NCBI GenBank assembly: GCA_964554365.1
Contig: CAZKOJ010000004.1
Span: 469 to 64,468, forward strand
Source: an uncultured Clostridium sp.
Lineage (GTDB): Bacteria > Bacillota > Clostridia > Clostridiales > Clostridiaceae
Length of the DNA stretch: 64,000 nt
Reading direction: 5' to 3'
The position numbers and the translations under genes are program-made. How positions within the stretch are numbered: position 1 is the stretch's first letter; every line of letters begins with the position of its first letter. Below, one piece after another: positions 1 to 9,985 of this stretch. The notes under the pieces are model-generated. The model searched no databases. It saw only the letters and a program-made list of their open reading frames with translations, and was not told where the DNA came from.

Positions 1-99
1 TATAGTAATTATAAAATACTAGAAGTTAAGTTCTTTAATTTTTCATATAAATAGATTATAATACAATTAGAATAAACAATTTTAAAGAGGTGCTTATTA

Positions 100-468
100 A
101 TGAAATTTAAATTTGATCACAACAATATAAATGTATTGGACTTAGAAAAGAGTATTAAATTCTATAAAGAAGCTCTTGGATTCGAAGAAGAAAGAAGACA
201 TCATTCGTCAGATGGAAGCTTTATATTAGCATTTTTGAAAGGTACTGAAGGAGAACATAAAATTGAACTTACATGGCTTAAAGATAGAAAAGAATCTTAT
301 AATTTAGGGGATAATGAAATACATATGGCAGTGAGAACAGATGACTTTGAGAGTGCTCATAAAAAGCATATGGATATGGGATGTATATGCTATGAAAACA
401 AAGAAATGGGCCTTTATTTTATTGCTGATCCTGATGGATACTGGACTGAAATATTACCTATAAGATAA
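100..468 (+). CDS. Lactoylglutathione lyase (glyoxalase I) / VOC family protein
   Basis: HNNINVLDLEKSIKFY...IELTW...YNLGDN..H.A...YFIADPDGYWTEI motifs; GAGGTG RBS. Confidence 0.85.
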   Translation: MKFKFDHNNINVLDLEKSIKFYKEALGFEEERRHHSSDGSFILAFLKGTEGEHKIELTWLKDRKESYNLGDNEIHMAVRTDDFESAHKKHMDMGCICYENKEMGLYFIADPDGYWTEILPIR

Positions 469-476
469 AAGGGGAT

Positions 477-1211
477 ATGGCTTTGCATAAAATTAAAATA
501 AATTATTTATACAATAGTGGATTTTTACTAGAAACTTCAGATACTATTATTATTTTTGATTATTATGAAGATAAGGGTATAGGCGTAGAACGATGTTTAG
601 AAAATGGAGTTGTAGGAGAAGACATATTAAAAAAGGGAAAACCCATATATGTTTTTATATCTCACAATCATTATGATCACTTCAATCCTGTAATATTTAA
701 TTGGTGTAAAATAAACTCTAATATAAAATATATTTTAAGTGATGATGTGAAAGATGTAGAAAAAGATTCAAACTGTACAGTTGTGAAAAAAGGTCAAGTT
801 ATAAAACTTGATCATTTAACCATAAAAGTTTATGGTTCAACAGATCAAGGAGTGTCTTTTCTTGTAAATTGTGAGGGGTATAATATATTCCACGCAGGAG
901 ATCTAAACTGGTGGCATTGGAAAGAAGACAGTGATGAAGAAAATAAACATGCTGAGAAATGGTTTAAAAATGAAATGGAACAGATAAAAGGTGAAAAAAT
1001 TCAGATAGTTTTTTTCCCTGTAGATCCAAGACAAGAGGAATACTACTACAGGGGAGCAAAATATTTTATAGAAAATACAAATACAGAAAATTTTATTCCA
1101 ATGCACTTTGCTGATAGAACAGAAATAACTAGAAAATTTAAAGAGAAAATGAAAGATTCATCTACAAAAGTTTATGAAATTAGTGGTAGAGGTTTTGAAA
1201 TAAAAATTTAA
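477..1211 (+). CDS. MBL-fold metallo-hydrolase
   Basis: SHNHYDH, HAGD and PMH metal-binding motifs. Confidence 0.85.
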   Translation: MALHKIKINYLYNSGFLLETSDTIIIFDYYEDKGIGVERCLENGVVGEDILKKGKPIYVFISHNHYDHFNPVIFNWCKINSNIKYILSDDVKDVEKDSNCTVVKKGQVIKLDHLTIKVYGSTDQGVSFLVNCEGYNIFHAGDLNWWHWKEDSDEENKHAEKWFKNEMEQIKGEKIQIVFFPVDPRQEEYYYRGAKYFIENTNTENFIPMHFADRTEITRKFKEKMKDSSTKVYEISGRGFEIKI

Positions 1212-1250
1212 ATAAAAAGGTATCATGTTAAATTCATGAAAGATTAAAAG

Positions 1251-1298
1251 TAAGGGAATGAATGCATTATATATGCGTATTCATTCCCTTATTTATGT
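1251..1298 (+). terminator. Probable intrinsic terminator
   Basis: TAAGGGAATGAAT / ATTCATTCCCTTA inverted repeat followed by a T-rich run. Confidence 0.65.
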
Positions 1299-1320
1299 TG
1301 TTGATTAGATGTTTATCAAG

Positions 1321-1375
1321 TATTGTTAACTTTAAAATAAAATAAGTTGACAATATTTAATAACTCTTTTATACT
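1321..1375 (+). promoter_or_regulatory. BirA (biotin repressor) operator overlapping a sigma-A promoter
   Basis: tattGTTAAC-N15-GTTGACaata at 1321-1355 fits the Firmicutes BirA box; TTGACA(1347)-17 bp-TATACT(1370); directly upstream of bioY. Confidence 0.85.
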
Positions 1376-1462
1376 AAATTATGAGTTTAGTAAACGAATT
1401 TAAAGTTACATAAAATGTGTTTTAAATTAAAAATAATTTACAAATTACTAGGAGGTAATAAT

Positions 1463-2011
1463 ATGTCAAAAAAATTAAATGTAAAAGATATGGTTTATTC
1501 AGCATTATTTGCAACACTTACAGCTGTTTTAAGCTATATTACTATTCCATTGCCATTTAGTCCAATTCCTATAACAGGACAATCTTTAGCTGTTATGTTA
1601 GCTGGATGTGTGCTAACTCCACTTCAAGCTGGATTAAGTATGATAACCTTCTTATTCATGGGGGCAATAGGATTACCTGTTTTCTCAGGAGGAAGGGCAG
1701 GATTAGGTGTTATTGTAGGAAAATCTGGAGGATATTTAATTGGATATTTGGTAGGAGCTATAATAATAAGTTTTTTAACAAGTAAAAATAAATCAAAAAA
1801 AAATATGCTCATAGCTTGCTTATTTGGTGGAATAATTGTGGTTCATATTTTTGGAGCAGCTTGGTTAGGTTATGTTACTGGAATAGGAATAGAAAAAGCT
1901 TTTATTATAGGATCAGTTCCATTTTTACCAGGAGATATATTAAAGGCTGTTTTTGCAGTGATAATTGGATTTAGATTAAATAAGGAAATGAAGATATATG
2001 CACGTACATAA
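1463..2011 (+). CDS. bioY: Biotin transporter substrate-binding (ECF S-) component BioY
   Basis: PLPFSPIPITGQSLAVMLAG, GLPVFSGG, GGYLIGY, PFLPGDILKA motifs; start moved to ATG 1463 after GGAGGT. Confidence 0.92.
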   Translation: MSKKLNVKDMVYSALFATLTAVLSYITIPLPFSPIPITGQSLAVMLAGCVLTPLQAGLSMITFLFMGAIGLPVFSGGRAGLGVIVGKSGGYLIGYLVGAIIISFLTSKNKSKKNMLIACLFGGIIVVHIFGAAWLGYVTGIGIEKAFIIGSVPFLPGDILKAVFAVIIGFRLNKEMKIYART

Positions 2012-3188
2012 ACTTAATTCTCCATACAAGTATAATAAGGTATTCATAGTTGGAGGATTAAGAACACCTATAGGCAAAACTAATGGGTATTTAAAAAATT
2101 TTCTTCCAGAAAAACTAACTGCTTATTTAATTAAAGGGATTTTGGATAAATACGGTATTTCAGGAGACTCAGTAGAAGAAGTTATACTTGGCAATGCTAT
2201 TGGCCCAGGAGGAAATTTGGCAAGATTAAGCTTATTAGAAGCAGGACTTCCCATTAATGTAACAGGAACAACCATAGATTTTCAATGTGGATCTAGTTTA
2301 AAAGCTGTAAATATGGCAGCTAGCTTAATAAAATCAGGAGAAAGAGATTTAATTATAGTAGGGGGAGCAGAAAGCACAAGTTTAGCACCTAATAGACAGT
2401 ATAATCCTAGAGATGAAAGATATAAGGGTAAAGATGTATTTTATAAAAAAGCACAATTTTCCCCCTATTCTATAGGTGACCCTGATATGATAGAAGGAGC
2501 AGAAAATACAGCAAAGCATTGCAATATTGAAAGAGAGTCTATGGATATTTGGGCAGTGGAAAGTCATCTAAGAGCATTAAAAGCTAAAGAAGAGAATAAG
2601 CTTAAAGATGTTATATATGGTGTTAAAACAGAAAATGGCATACTTACTGAAGATGAAACTATTAGAAGTAATGTTTCATTAAAGCTTATTAAAAGAGCGA
2701 AACCTATTTTAAAACAGAATGGAATAATAACTGCAGGAAATGCTTGTCTAACTCACGATGGTGCATCACTTATACTTATGGCTTCAGAAAAAGCAGTAAA
2801 AAAGTACAATTTAAAGGCTGAAGCTATATGGACTGCAGGAGAAAGTGTAGGAGTTCATCCTAATTTATCACCATTAGGAGCCACCTTTGCTGTAGAAAAA
2901 TTATTAAAGTCACATAATTTAAACTTAAATAATGTGGACTTAATAGAAATAAACGAAGCTTTTTCAGTGAAAATATTAGCCTTCTTAAAACATTTTAATT
3001 TTTCAAAGGAAAAAATAAATGTTTTTGGAGGAGCGTTAGCTTATGGTCATCCTTATGGTGCTTCAGGAGGAATTATTATGCTTCATCTTTTACAAGCACT
3101 TAAGGATAAAAATAAAAAGACAGGTATAGCAGCTTTAGGTGTAGCTGGTGGACTTGGTGTGGCAGCTATGGTAGAAAGGTGTGATTAA
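1998..3188 (+). CDS. Thiolase (acetyl-CoA C-acyltransferase), YhfS-like
   Basis: Catalytic Cys in DFQCGSSL, NEAF, GGALAYGHPYGASG; overlaps the end of bioY. Confidence 0.88.
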   Translation: MHVHKLNSPYKYNKVFIVGGLRTPIGKTNGYLKNFLPEKLTAYLIKGILDKYGISGDSVEEVILGNAIGPGGNLARLSLLEAGLPINVTGTTIDFQCGSSLKAVNMAASLIKSGERDLIIVGGAESTSLAPNRQYNPRDERYKGKDVFYKKAQFSPYSIGDPDMIEGAENTAKHCNIERESMDIWAVESHLRALKAKEENKLKDVIYGVKTENGILTEDETIRSNVSLKLIKRAKPILKQNGIITAGNACLTHDGASLILMASEKAVKKYNLKAEAIWTAGESVGVHPNLSPLGATFAVEKLLKSHNLNLNNVDLIEINEAFSVKILAFLKHFNFSKEKINVFGGALAYGHPYGASGGIIMLHLLQALKDKNKKTGIAALGVAGGLGVAAMVERCD

Positions 3189-3250
3189 TATAAAATGCTG
3201 ATTTTTTCAGGAATATATAAAAAGGTAAAAAAAATCCAGATAAAGTATGT

Positions 3251-4573
3251 ATGGTTCTGGATAATATAAAGATTACATATGATGAACTTGTAAAACAAAT
3301 AGATAAACGAGCAGGTCTTTTGGCACATAGATTTAAAGAAGGCGAAAAGGTAATAATAAAAAATATCAATCCAATAAATACTATAATTAATTTTTTAGCT
3401 TGCTGTAGGGCAGGGTTAATTTCTATACCAGTGGACAGTAAAATGTTATCGTTGACTTTAGAAGAAATTAAAAAAAATATAAAGCCTTGTTGTACAATAG
3501 ATGATGAATTTTTTCATATAAAGTATAATAATTCAGAAGAAAATAGTCAGGAACATAAATACTGTTTAAAGGAAGAAAGTATGAATTGCAATGTAAAACT
3601 TCCTGTTATTAGCCATAAAGATATTTTTTTTGGAGCTTTAAGTTCAGGAACTACAGGTCCTAATAGAGTTATATGGAGAAATCATAAAAGCTGGACAAGC
3701 ACCTTTAAATATCAAAGTGAAGTGTTTCATATTAATTCCCAGGAAATATTATTTTTAGTAGGAGCACTTTCCTATACTGCAAATCTTAATAGTGCTATGC
3801 ATATGTTGAATGAAGGTGGAACTATAGTTTTTTCTAAAAGTATTTATCCGAAAACATGGCTTAAGGAAATAGAAAAAAATAATGTAACTAGCATATTTAT
3901 GGTGCCAGCTTATTATAGATTGATTATAAAGGAAATAAAAGAAAATATATTAAAGGTGAAATCTGTATTAAGTGCAGGAGATAAGCTGGATATTGAAACA
4001 GTTAACGTATTAAAAGAAAGATTTCCTAAGGCACATATATGTGAATATTACGGTGCTAGTGAATTGGGACATGTAACTTATATAAACTTTAGGGAAAATT
4101 TCAAGGTGGAAAGTGTAGGTAAGGCATTTCCAGGAGTACAGCTTTGGATAGAAGATGATTTAATATGGGTAAAGAGTCAATATATAGCACCAGATTTTGC
4201 ACCTAAGGCTACTGTTTTGGATTTAGGTAAAATTGATGAAGAGGGTAACTTATATTTATTAGGTAGAAAAAAGGATATTATTAATAAGGGTGGAGTAAAG
4301 ATACTTCCATATAATATAGAAAAGGTATTAAATAAACATCCAGAAATATTAAAATCAGTGGTGTTTGGAGTACAACATGTAGTTAAGGGAGAAGAAATAG
4401 GCGCAGTTATTTTCCCGAAAAGTAATAAACTTTCAGTTAGGGACATTATGAAGTATTGCAAAAATAATTTAGAGCTGCACTGTCGTCCACAGAAAATTAA
4501 AATAGTTAATCATATGGAACTTAATTTAAGCGGTAAAGTGGATAAAAGAAAATTTTTAGAATTGATGAAATGA
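3251..4573 (+). CDS. Acyl-CoA synthetase / AMP-binding enzyme, YhfT-like; true start may be 3195 across a frameshift in an A8 tract
   Basis: SSGTTGPNR P-loop, YYGASELG, DLGKIDEEG, GRKKDIINKGG, SGKVDK adenylation motifs. Confidence 0.85.
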   Translation: MVLDNIKITYDELVKQIDKRAGLLAHRFKEGEKVIIKNINPINTIINFLACCRAGLISIPVDSKMLSLTLEEIKKNIKPCCTIDDEFFHIKYNNSEENSQEHKYCLKEESMNCNVKLPVISHKDIFFGALSSGTTGPNRVIWRNHKSWTSTFKYQSEVFHINSQEILFLVGALSYTANLNSAMHMLNEGGTIVFSKSIYPKTWLKEIEKNNVTSIFMVPAYYRLIIKEIKENILKVKSVLSAGDKLDIETVNVLKERFPKAHICEYYGASELGHVTYINFRENFKVESVGKAFPGVQLWIEDDLIWVKSQYIAPDFAPKATVLDLGKIDEEGNLYLLGRKKDIINKGGVKILPYNIEKVLNKHPEILKSVVFGVQHVVKGEEIGAVIFPKSNKLSVRDIMKYCKNNLELHCRPQKIKIVNHMELNLSGKVDKRKFLELMK

Positions 4574-4620
4574 ATTATGATTAAAATAGAGTTAATGTAT
4601 TGTTGTGTTTTTGGGTGAAG

Positions 4621-4650
4621 AAAAAAATGCCTATACAAAAGTACAGGCGT
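4621..4650 (-). terminator. Probable terminator for the minus-strand gene at 4757-5434
   Basis: Minus strand reads GCCTGTAC-TTTT-GTATAGGC followed by a T run. Confidence 0.55.
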
Positions 4651-4756
4651 TCAGCTTGATTACAAACCTCTATGTTTTATAGTACATAAGACTACTTTGT
4701 AAATTTATTTTTTATCTGATCCTCAAGTTCGTTGTCAGAATGACTACCTAATTTTT

Positions 4757-5434
4757 TTATAAGCCTATAATAGATACATCAACATAATTTATAGTTAATT
4801 CATTATTTTTAAAGTGCCAGTATGAGTTAACATATCCTATGGTAGCTGATGCTAATCCAATTATTCTTTGGGAAGCTTTAAGTTCAAAAATACTATCATA
4901 GTTTAGGTCTATGGGAAACAAACCATTAAGATATAATATCTGTCCTTTTACATCTTTAAGCAGTTTACCATCTTCAGCATAAATACTACCAATAAGAGGG
5001 GAGTCACTAATGTCTAAAATAAATTTTTTACTAGGATTAAATAAATTCACTTCAACTTTATAGTAATTTTTATAGGTTACATCACCTTCTAGTCCCCTAT
5101 GAAAAGTATCTGCATTAAACAATTCTTTTAATATATTATTTTTATATGTGAAAAGGTAATTATAAACATAACCATCGCTGCATCTAGTATCTATATTAAT
5201 GAGAATATCTTTTACCCCATCATCATTAAAGTCTCCTAAAAAAATTCTAGGATTATATCCTTCATTAAGCTTTAGAGGATAAGTTTGTATAATTCCAGTT
5301 CTACCATCTAAGATAGCTAAGGATAAGTTAGTTATGTACATAGTACTTATATCATTTTTGTCTCCAATTAAGTAGACATAATCTAGAAAAAAATCCCCAT
5401 TAACATCTCCTATTTTCACATCGGCAATAACCAA
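4757..5434 (-). CDS. Clostridial VCBS/FG-GAP-like repeat protein (family often annotated spore-coat related); paralog of 34149-34880
   Basis: GDVNGD..D, GDFNDDGVKDIL and DLNYDSIFEL DxDxD-like loops; TTG start after GGAGATGA. Confidence 0.6.
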   Translation of the reverse strand: MVIADVKIGDVNGDFFLDYVYLIGDKNDISTMYITNLSLAILDGRTGIIQTYPLKLNEGYNPRIFLGDFNDDGVKDILINIDTRCSDGYVYNYLFTYKNNILKELFNADTFHRGLEGDVTYKNYYKVEVNLFNPSKKFILDISDSPLIGSIYAEDGKLLKDVKGQILYLNGLFPIDLNYDSIFELKASQRIIGLASATIGYVNSYWHFKNNELTINYVDVSIIGL

Positions 5435-5588
5435 TTCTAATCATCTCCATAAACTTGTTTGTTATATTATATTATAAATATCTGGAAATGATTTACAAAA
5501 TAAAAATATAAAATAATTACTATATATGGTTACAATTAACAGATTACAAGTGGTATTATTAAGTAAATAATAAGAGGAGGAAAAAATA

Positions 5589-6926
5589 ATGAGATTTAAG
5601 AGAGTGTGTTCAAAAATTTTATTAATTCTATTTATCAATGTTATTTTTTTTAGCTTTAATACCACAGAAGTGAAATGTGCAAATTTTTCTGATGGAGATT
5701 TTAAAAGTAGCGTAATACCTTTAAAAACTGTAGAAGCAGAGAATGGATTTGAAGATTTAGCACCTCTTCTGAACATACTAAAGGATAAAAAAATTGTATC
5801 AATAGGAGAGGGTACCCATGGCACTAAGGAATTTTTTCAGATGAAACATCGTATGTTAGAATTTTTAGTTGAAAAAATGGGGTATACCTTGTTTGCTATG
5901 GAAGCAGGTTTTGGAGATGCGCAGGTGGTAAATGATTATATACTTTATGGAAAAGGGAATTCAAAGGATGCAGTTAAAGCGTTAAAGTACTGGACATGGA
6001 CAACTGAAGAAGTAGAAAATATGGTTCAATGGATGAGGAAATACAATGAAAATCCTGAACATAAAAGGAAGATAAAATTTTATGGTTTTGATATGCAAGG
6101 AGCACAAGTAGAGGAAGAAAGAATTCTAGATTATTTAAAATCAGTAGACAATGAATCTGTAAAGAAATTTCAACAGGTCTTTAGTGAACTAAATGATAAA
6201 AAAATATATTCATTTAACGAAGATAAAATAACAAATATTAAAAATAATATTCAAGAGTTAATAAATGTATTTGAAAAAAATAAACAGCAGTATATTTTAA
6301 AGTCTTCTAGTAGTGAATATGAAATTATACATGAAGATTTGAATATTATTAGTCAATTTATGGAAAAAGTCTCAAAAAAAGATGACATGGCAAAGCTCTC
6401 CAAAACCAGAGATTATTATATGGCAGAAAATATTAAATGGATATTAAATTATGAGAAGCAATTTGGAAATGACAAAATTATGCTATGGGCACATAATGGA
6501 CATGTAAGTAAAGCATTTCCTACTTACACACCAATGGGAAATTATCTTAAAGAAACATTTAAAGATGATATGTATGTTATAGGGCAGGAGTTTTACAAAG
6601 GAAATTTTAGAGCTTTCCCATATATAGTAAATGGATTCACAGGGGAAATCGGGTCAAAACTTAAAGAATTTAATATAAAAAATTCTGCTTTTTATACTTT
6701 TGCCTATGGTCTTCAAAGTATAGAAGTACCTATATACTTTATGGACTTTAAATACGCTTCACAGGATAAACGTCTTGAACAGTGGTTATCCACATCTAAA
6801 TTAATCCACGAAATAGGAGCAGTATATACTGAAGGTGATCAAGGAGTAGCACCACAAGTGCCTATAGATGCTTTTGACGGAGTAATATTTATAAGCAATA
6901 CATCAGCATCAGTAAGAATTAAATAA
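5589..6926 (+). CDS. Erythromycin esterase (EreA/EreB/Bcr136) family protein with N-terminal signal peptide
   Basis: IGEGTHGTKEFF, FAMEAG, FYGFDMQ, RDYYMAENI, LWAHNGHV, FDGVIFI motifs. Confidence 0.85.
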   Translation: MRFKRVCSKILLILFINVIFFSFNTTEVKCANFSDGDFKSSVIPLKTVEAENGFEDLAPLLNILKDKKIVSIGEGTHGTKEFFQMKHRMLEFLVEKMGYTLFAMEAGFGDAQVVNDYILYGKGNSKDAVKALKYWTWTTEEVENMVQWMRKYNENPEHKRKIKFYGFDMQGAQVEEERILDYLKSVDNESVKKFQQVFSELNDKKIYSFNEDKITNIKNNIQELINVFEKNKQQYILKSSSSEYEIIHEDLNIISQFMEKVSKKDDMAKLSKTRDYYMAENIKWILNYEKQFGNDKIMLWAHNGHVSKAFPTYTPMGNYLKETFKDDMYVIGQEFYKGNFRAFPYIVNGFTGEIGSKLKEFNIKNSAFYTFAYGLQSIEVPIYFMDFKYASQDKRLEQWLSTSKLIHEIGAVYTEGDQGVAPQVPIDAFDGVIFISNTSASVRIK

Positions 6927-6932
6927 TCATTT

Positions 6933-6966
6933 AAAAAATGTACTGGAGAAATTCAGTACATTTTTG
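6933..6966 (+). terminator. Intrinsic terminator
   Basis: AAAAATGTACTG / CAGTACATTTTT inverted repeat. Confidence 0.7.
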
Positions 6967-7033
6967 ATTTTTGAGACAGTTTTTTATATGCAAAAAAGTC
7001 TATAGAGGCTTAGAAAGCTGTTTGTAAAAACTG

Positions 7034-7072
7034 TTGCAATTATATTATACATGTTATATATTATATATAACA
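7034..7072 (+). promoter_or_regulatory. Sigma-A promoter with a YtrA/GntR-type operator over the -10
   Basis: TTGCAA(7034)-17 bp-TATATT(7057); perfect palindrome TGTTATATA-TTA-TATATAACA at 7052-7072. Confidence 0.6.
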
Positions 7073-7180
7073 AATGTAATATACAAATGTGAAAGATCAT
7101 ACGTATGGTTTTTAGGAATACAAAGAAAAAAACAAAGAAGTATAATTTAAATTTTGAAGAGAAAAAAAGGAGATGAGTAT

Positions 7181-7555
7181 GTGATATTAAAAATAGATTT
7201 TGAATCGGAAACACCTATATACGAGCAGTTGCGAAGACAGATAATACACGGTATAGCTTCAGGTAAGCTGGAAAAAGGAGAAAGCCTACCTTCCGTTAGA
7301 CAGATGGCAGAGGATATAGGCATAAACCTTCATACGGTAAACAAAGCCTATAATATATTAAAATCAGAAGGCTATCTTAATATAGATAGAAGGTCAGGAG
7401 CTGTGGTAAGCAGTGTTTTTCCAAGAAATACAGAGGAATTTAATGAAAAGCTAAAAGATGAACTTCAATATATAGTGTCAGAAGTTTACTGTAGAGGGAT
7501 AACTAAAGATGAATTTTTAAAATTAAGCGCTAGTATTTTTGAGCAATATGATTAA
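7181..7555 (+). CDS. GntR family (YtrA subfamily) transcriptional regulator
   Basis: PIYEQL...LPSVRQMAEDIGINLHTVNKAYNIL wHTH with short C-terminus; GTG 7181 after AAGGAG. Confidence 0.9.
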   Translation: MILKIDFESETPIYEQLRRQIIHGIASGKLEKGESLPSVRQMAEDIGINLHTVNKAYNILKSEGYLNIDRRSGAVVSSVFPRNTEEFNEKLKDELQYIVSEVYCRGITKDEFLKLSASIFEQYD

Positions 7556-7572
7556 TTTAGGAGGAGTTATTA

Positions 7573-8706
7573 ATGAGTGAAAAATTATTTTTATCAATTT
7601 ACCTATTTTTTATTATGGTTATAATACTTGGATTGCAAATCATTACTCCTAATCTTACAAGAAAAGAGCTTGTACTTGGAGTAAGGATTCCTTTAGAAGA
7701 AATACATTGTAAAGAAATTAAGGAAATACACAAAAAATTTATAAAAAATAATTTGATTGTGGGAATTCCTTTTATACTTTTTTTTACTTTTTTAAATTAT
7801 AAGTTATTTAGTACAGGTATGTTTTTGTTTACAACATTTACTTTTATATTTATAAATTTTGGAGTATATATGATTTCAAATAAAGAAGTAAAAAAAATAA
7901 AAGCTGAAAAAGGATGGCTAAAAAGTAAAAAACAGGTTGTTACTATAGATACTTCTTTTAGTAGAGAAAGAAATAGTAAAATGCTTATATCTTCATGGTA
8001 TTTTTTAATTCCTGTGGCTATAATACTTTTAAATATAATTTTAGGATATACCTATTATGAAGTATTACCAAGTAGAGTGCCTACTCACTGGGACTTTGCA
8101 GGAAACATTACAGGGTATCAAAATAAATCTACAATGCTCATATGGGAAATACCTCTTACTCAGATTTTTGTTACAGTAATTTTTTTCATAAGCTATAAGG
8201 CAATAGGATGGTCAAAACAGCAGATAAGCTCGTCCAATCCCGAAGAAGGAAAAGTGAGAAATAGAGTTTTTAGAAGAGTGTGGTCTGTGTATATGGTGAT
8301 ATTTTCTATAATCACAAATCTTTTAATTACATTAGGAACACTGCAAATATTTAGGGTATTTAATATAAGCAATTCATATGTAAATTTTGCAATTATATTT
8401 TTTCTAGTAGTTTCAATAGGAGGTAGTATAGTTATTTCTATAAAGGTAGGTCAAGGTGGAAGTAATTTAAAGCTTGGTGATAAAAAAGGAGAAGATTTAC
8501 CTTCTTCAGATAGAGATGATGATATGTATTGGAAATTTGGAAACAGTGTATATTATAATTCAAATGATCCATCATTATTTGTAGAAAAAAGATTTGGAGT
8601 AGGGTGGACTATAAATGCAGGAAGACCTTTAGGTATGGGTATATACATTGGTATAATAATATTTACAATTGTGGTTATAGTTATGGCTACATTGTCAAAA
8701 AATTAA
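7573..8706 (+). CDS. DUF1648/DUF5808 membrane protein
   Basis: Multiple TM segments; LPSRVPTHWDFAG (DUF1648) and DDMYWKFG..YYNSNDPSLFVEKRFGVGWTIN (DUF5808). Confidence 0.8.
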   Translation: MSEKLFLSIYLFFIMVIILGLQIITPNLTRKELVLGVRIPLEEIHCKEIKEIHKKFIKNNLIVGIPFILFFTFLNYKLFSTGMFLFTTFTFIFINFGVYMISNKEVKKIKAEKGWLKSKKQVVTIDTSFSRERNSKMLISSWYFLIPVAIILLNIILGYTYYEVLPSRVPTHWDFAGNITGYQNKSTMLIWEIPLTQIFVTVIFFISYKAIGWSKQQISSSNPEEGKVRNRVFRRVWSVYMVIFSIITNLLITLGTLQIFRVFNISNSYVNFAIIFFLVVSIGGSIVISIKVGQGGSNLKLGDKKGEDLPSSDRDDDMYWKFGNSVYYNSNDPSLFVEKRFGVGWTINAGRPLGMGIYIGIIIFTIVVIVMATLSKN

Positions 8707-8799
8707 GTAGAAAGAAATTAATTTATAAGTAGTGAATTGTTTTTTTATAATTACTCATATTATATATTGTGAATAATTTTTAATTTATAGGAGAAAAAT

Positions 8800-9324
8800 A
8801 TGCCGGGAGATGTATCAAGTCATACTAAGTATAGTGTTAAGTTACCTTATCCAGAAGTAAAGGTAGAGGAGAAAAATCAGGTATATGCCAATCTGCTTCT
8901 TGAAGATTATGCAGGTATGGTCAGTGAGCTTACTGCCATAAATCTATATGTGTATCAACATATTATTGGCAAAGGATATTATGAAGATTATGCAGAACTT
9001 ATAGGAGGAGTGTCTATTTCAGAAATGAAACACTTAGAACTTTTAGCAAAAACTATTAGTTTGTTAGGTGTGAAGCCAGTATATACTAATTCTATTTGTC
9101 CTTGTAATCAAGTATGGACTGCAAAATATGTTAATTTTGATATTGATATAAAGAATATGATTTTGGAAGATATTAGGTCAGAGGAAAAGGCAATCAATCA
9201 ATATAATCGTCATATTTGTTTAATTGATGATAAGTATATAAAAAAATTACTTAATAGAATTATATTAGATGAAGAATTACATTTAAAGTATTTTAATAAA
9301 ATGTGTAAAAAGTATTGCTGTTAA
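8800..9324 (+). CDS. Ferritin-like (rubrerythrin / Mn-catalase-like) protein
   Basis: SELTAINLYVYQH, SEMKHLE, EEKAINQY, DEELH di-metal ExxH motifs. Confidence 0.75.
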   Translation: MPGDVSSHTKYSVKLPYPEVKVEEKNQVYANLLLEDYAGMVSELTAINLYVYQHIIGKGYYEDYAELIGGVSISEMKHLELLAKTISLLGVKPVYTNSICPCNQVWTAKYVNFDIDIKNMILEDIRSEEKAINQYNRHICLIDDKYIKKLLNRIILDEELHLKYFNKMCKKYCC

Positions 9325-9362
9325 GCAATTAAAATGAAACTCCACCTGTTCTTTAATTATCT

Positions 9363-9400
9363 AGGCTGTTGGTAAAATAATTTATCAACAGCCTTTTTAT
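9363..9400. terminator. Terminator between convergent genes
   Basis: AGGCTGTTGGTAAA / TTTATCAACAGCCT followed by TTTT. Confidence 0.7.
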
Positions 9401-9438
9401 AACTTTTTATCCTATGATTAACCACTCTAGAAATCTGT

Positions 9439-9876
9439 TTATAGAAGTTCCATAGCGGATTTTTTTAATGATTCTATTTTACTTTCATAATCAACAACGG
9501 TAATATCATAAATATCTTTAACCATTTTGAAGTAATTTAAAAAATCATGTTGTTTTTCTTTGTTTATATTAAAATGAACAGCTAGGTTATCTAAAAAGAC
9601 TTCTTCTTTTTCTTCATAAGAGCCATCTACTAATGCTAGACCAACTAATTCAAAATAAACTATATGTTTAACTATTTGTGTAGAGTCTACTAATTCTTTA
9701 ACAGCAGATTCAAAAGTTAAATCTTCTATAGTTTCATTAGTTAGGGAAAGTTCTTCAATATATTCGTCAATTAAGTCTTTTTCATTGTCAGCAAACACCG
9801 TATCTATTTTAGATAACATTTGGACTAAATTAATAAAGGCAATAGATTGTTTTTTATTAAGTTCATTTAAAAACAT
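9439..9876 (-). CDS. TerB-like small helical protein
   Basis: Two repeats of the (I/V)DGx(F/Y)xxxE-like pattern (KIDTVFADNEKD, LVDGSYEEKEE). Confidence 0.55.
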   Translation of the reverse strand: MFLNELNKKQSIAFINLVQMLSKIDTVFADNEKDLIDEYIEELSLTNETIEDLTFESAVKELVDSTQIVKHIVYFELVGLALVDGSYEEKEEVFLDNLAVHFNINKEKQHDFLNYFKMVKDIYDITVVDYESKIESLKKSAMELL

Positions 9877-9985
9877 ACAAATCCCCCTCTAAACTATTCT
9901 TCTATTAATATATTACAACATAAAAATCTAAGTGGGAATACAATATTAAAAATTAAATGTTTTTTTAATGATAGATAAGTTGGTA

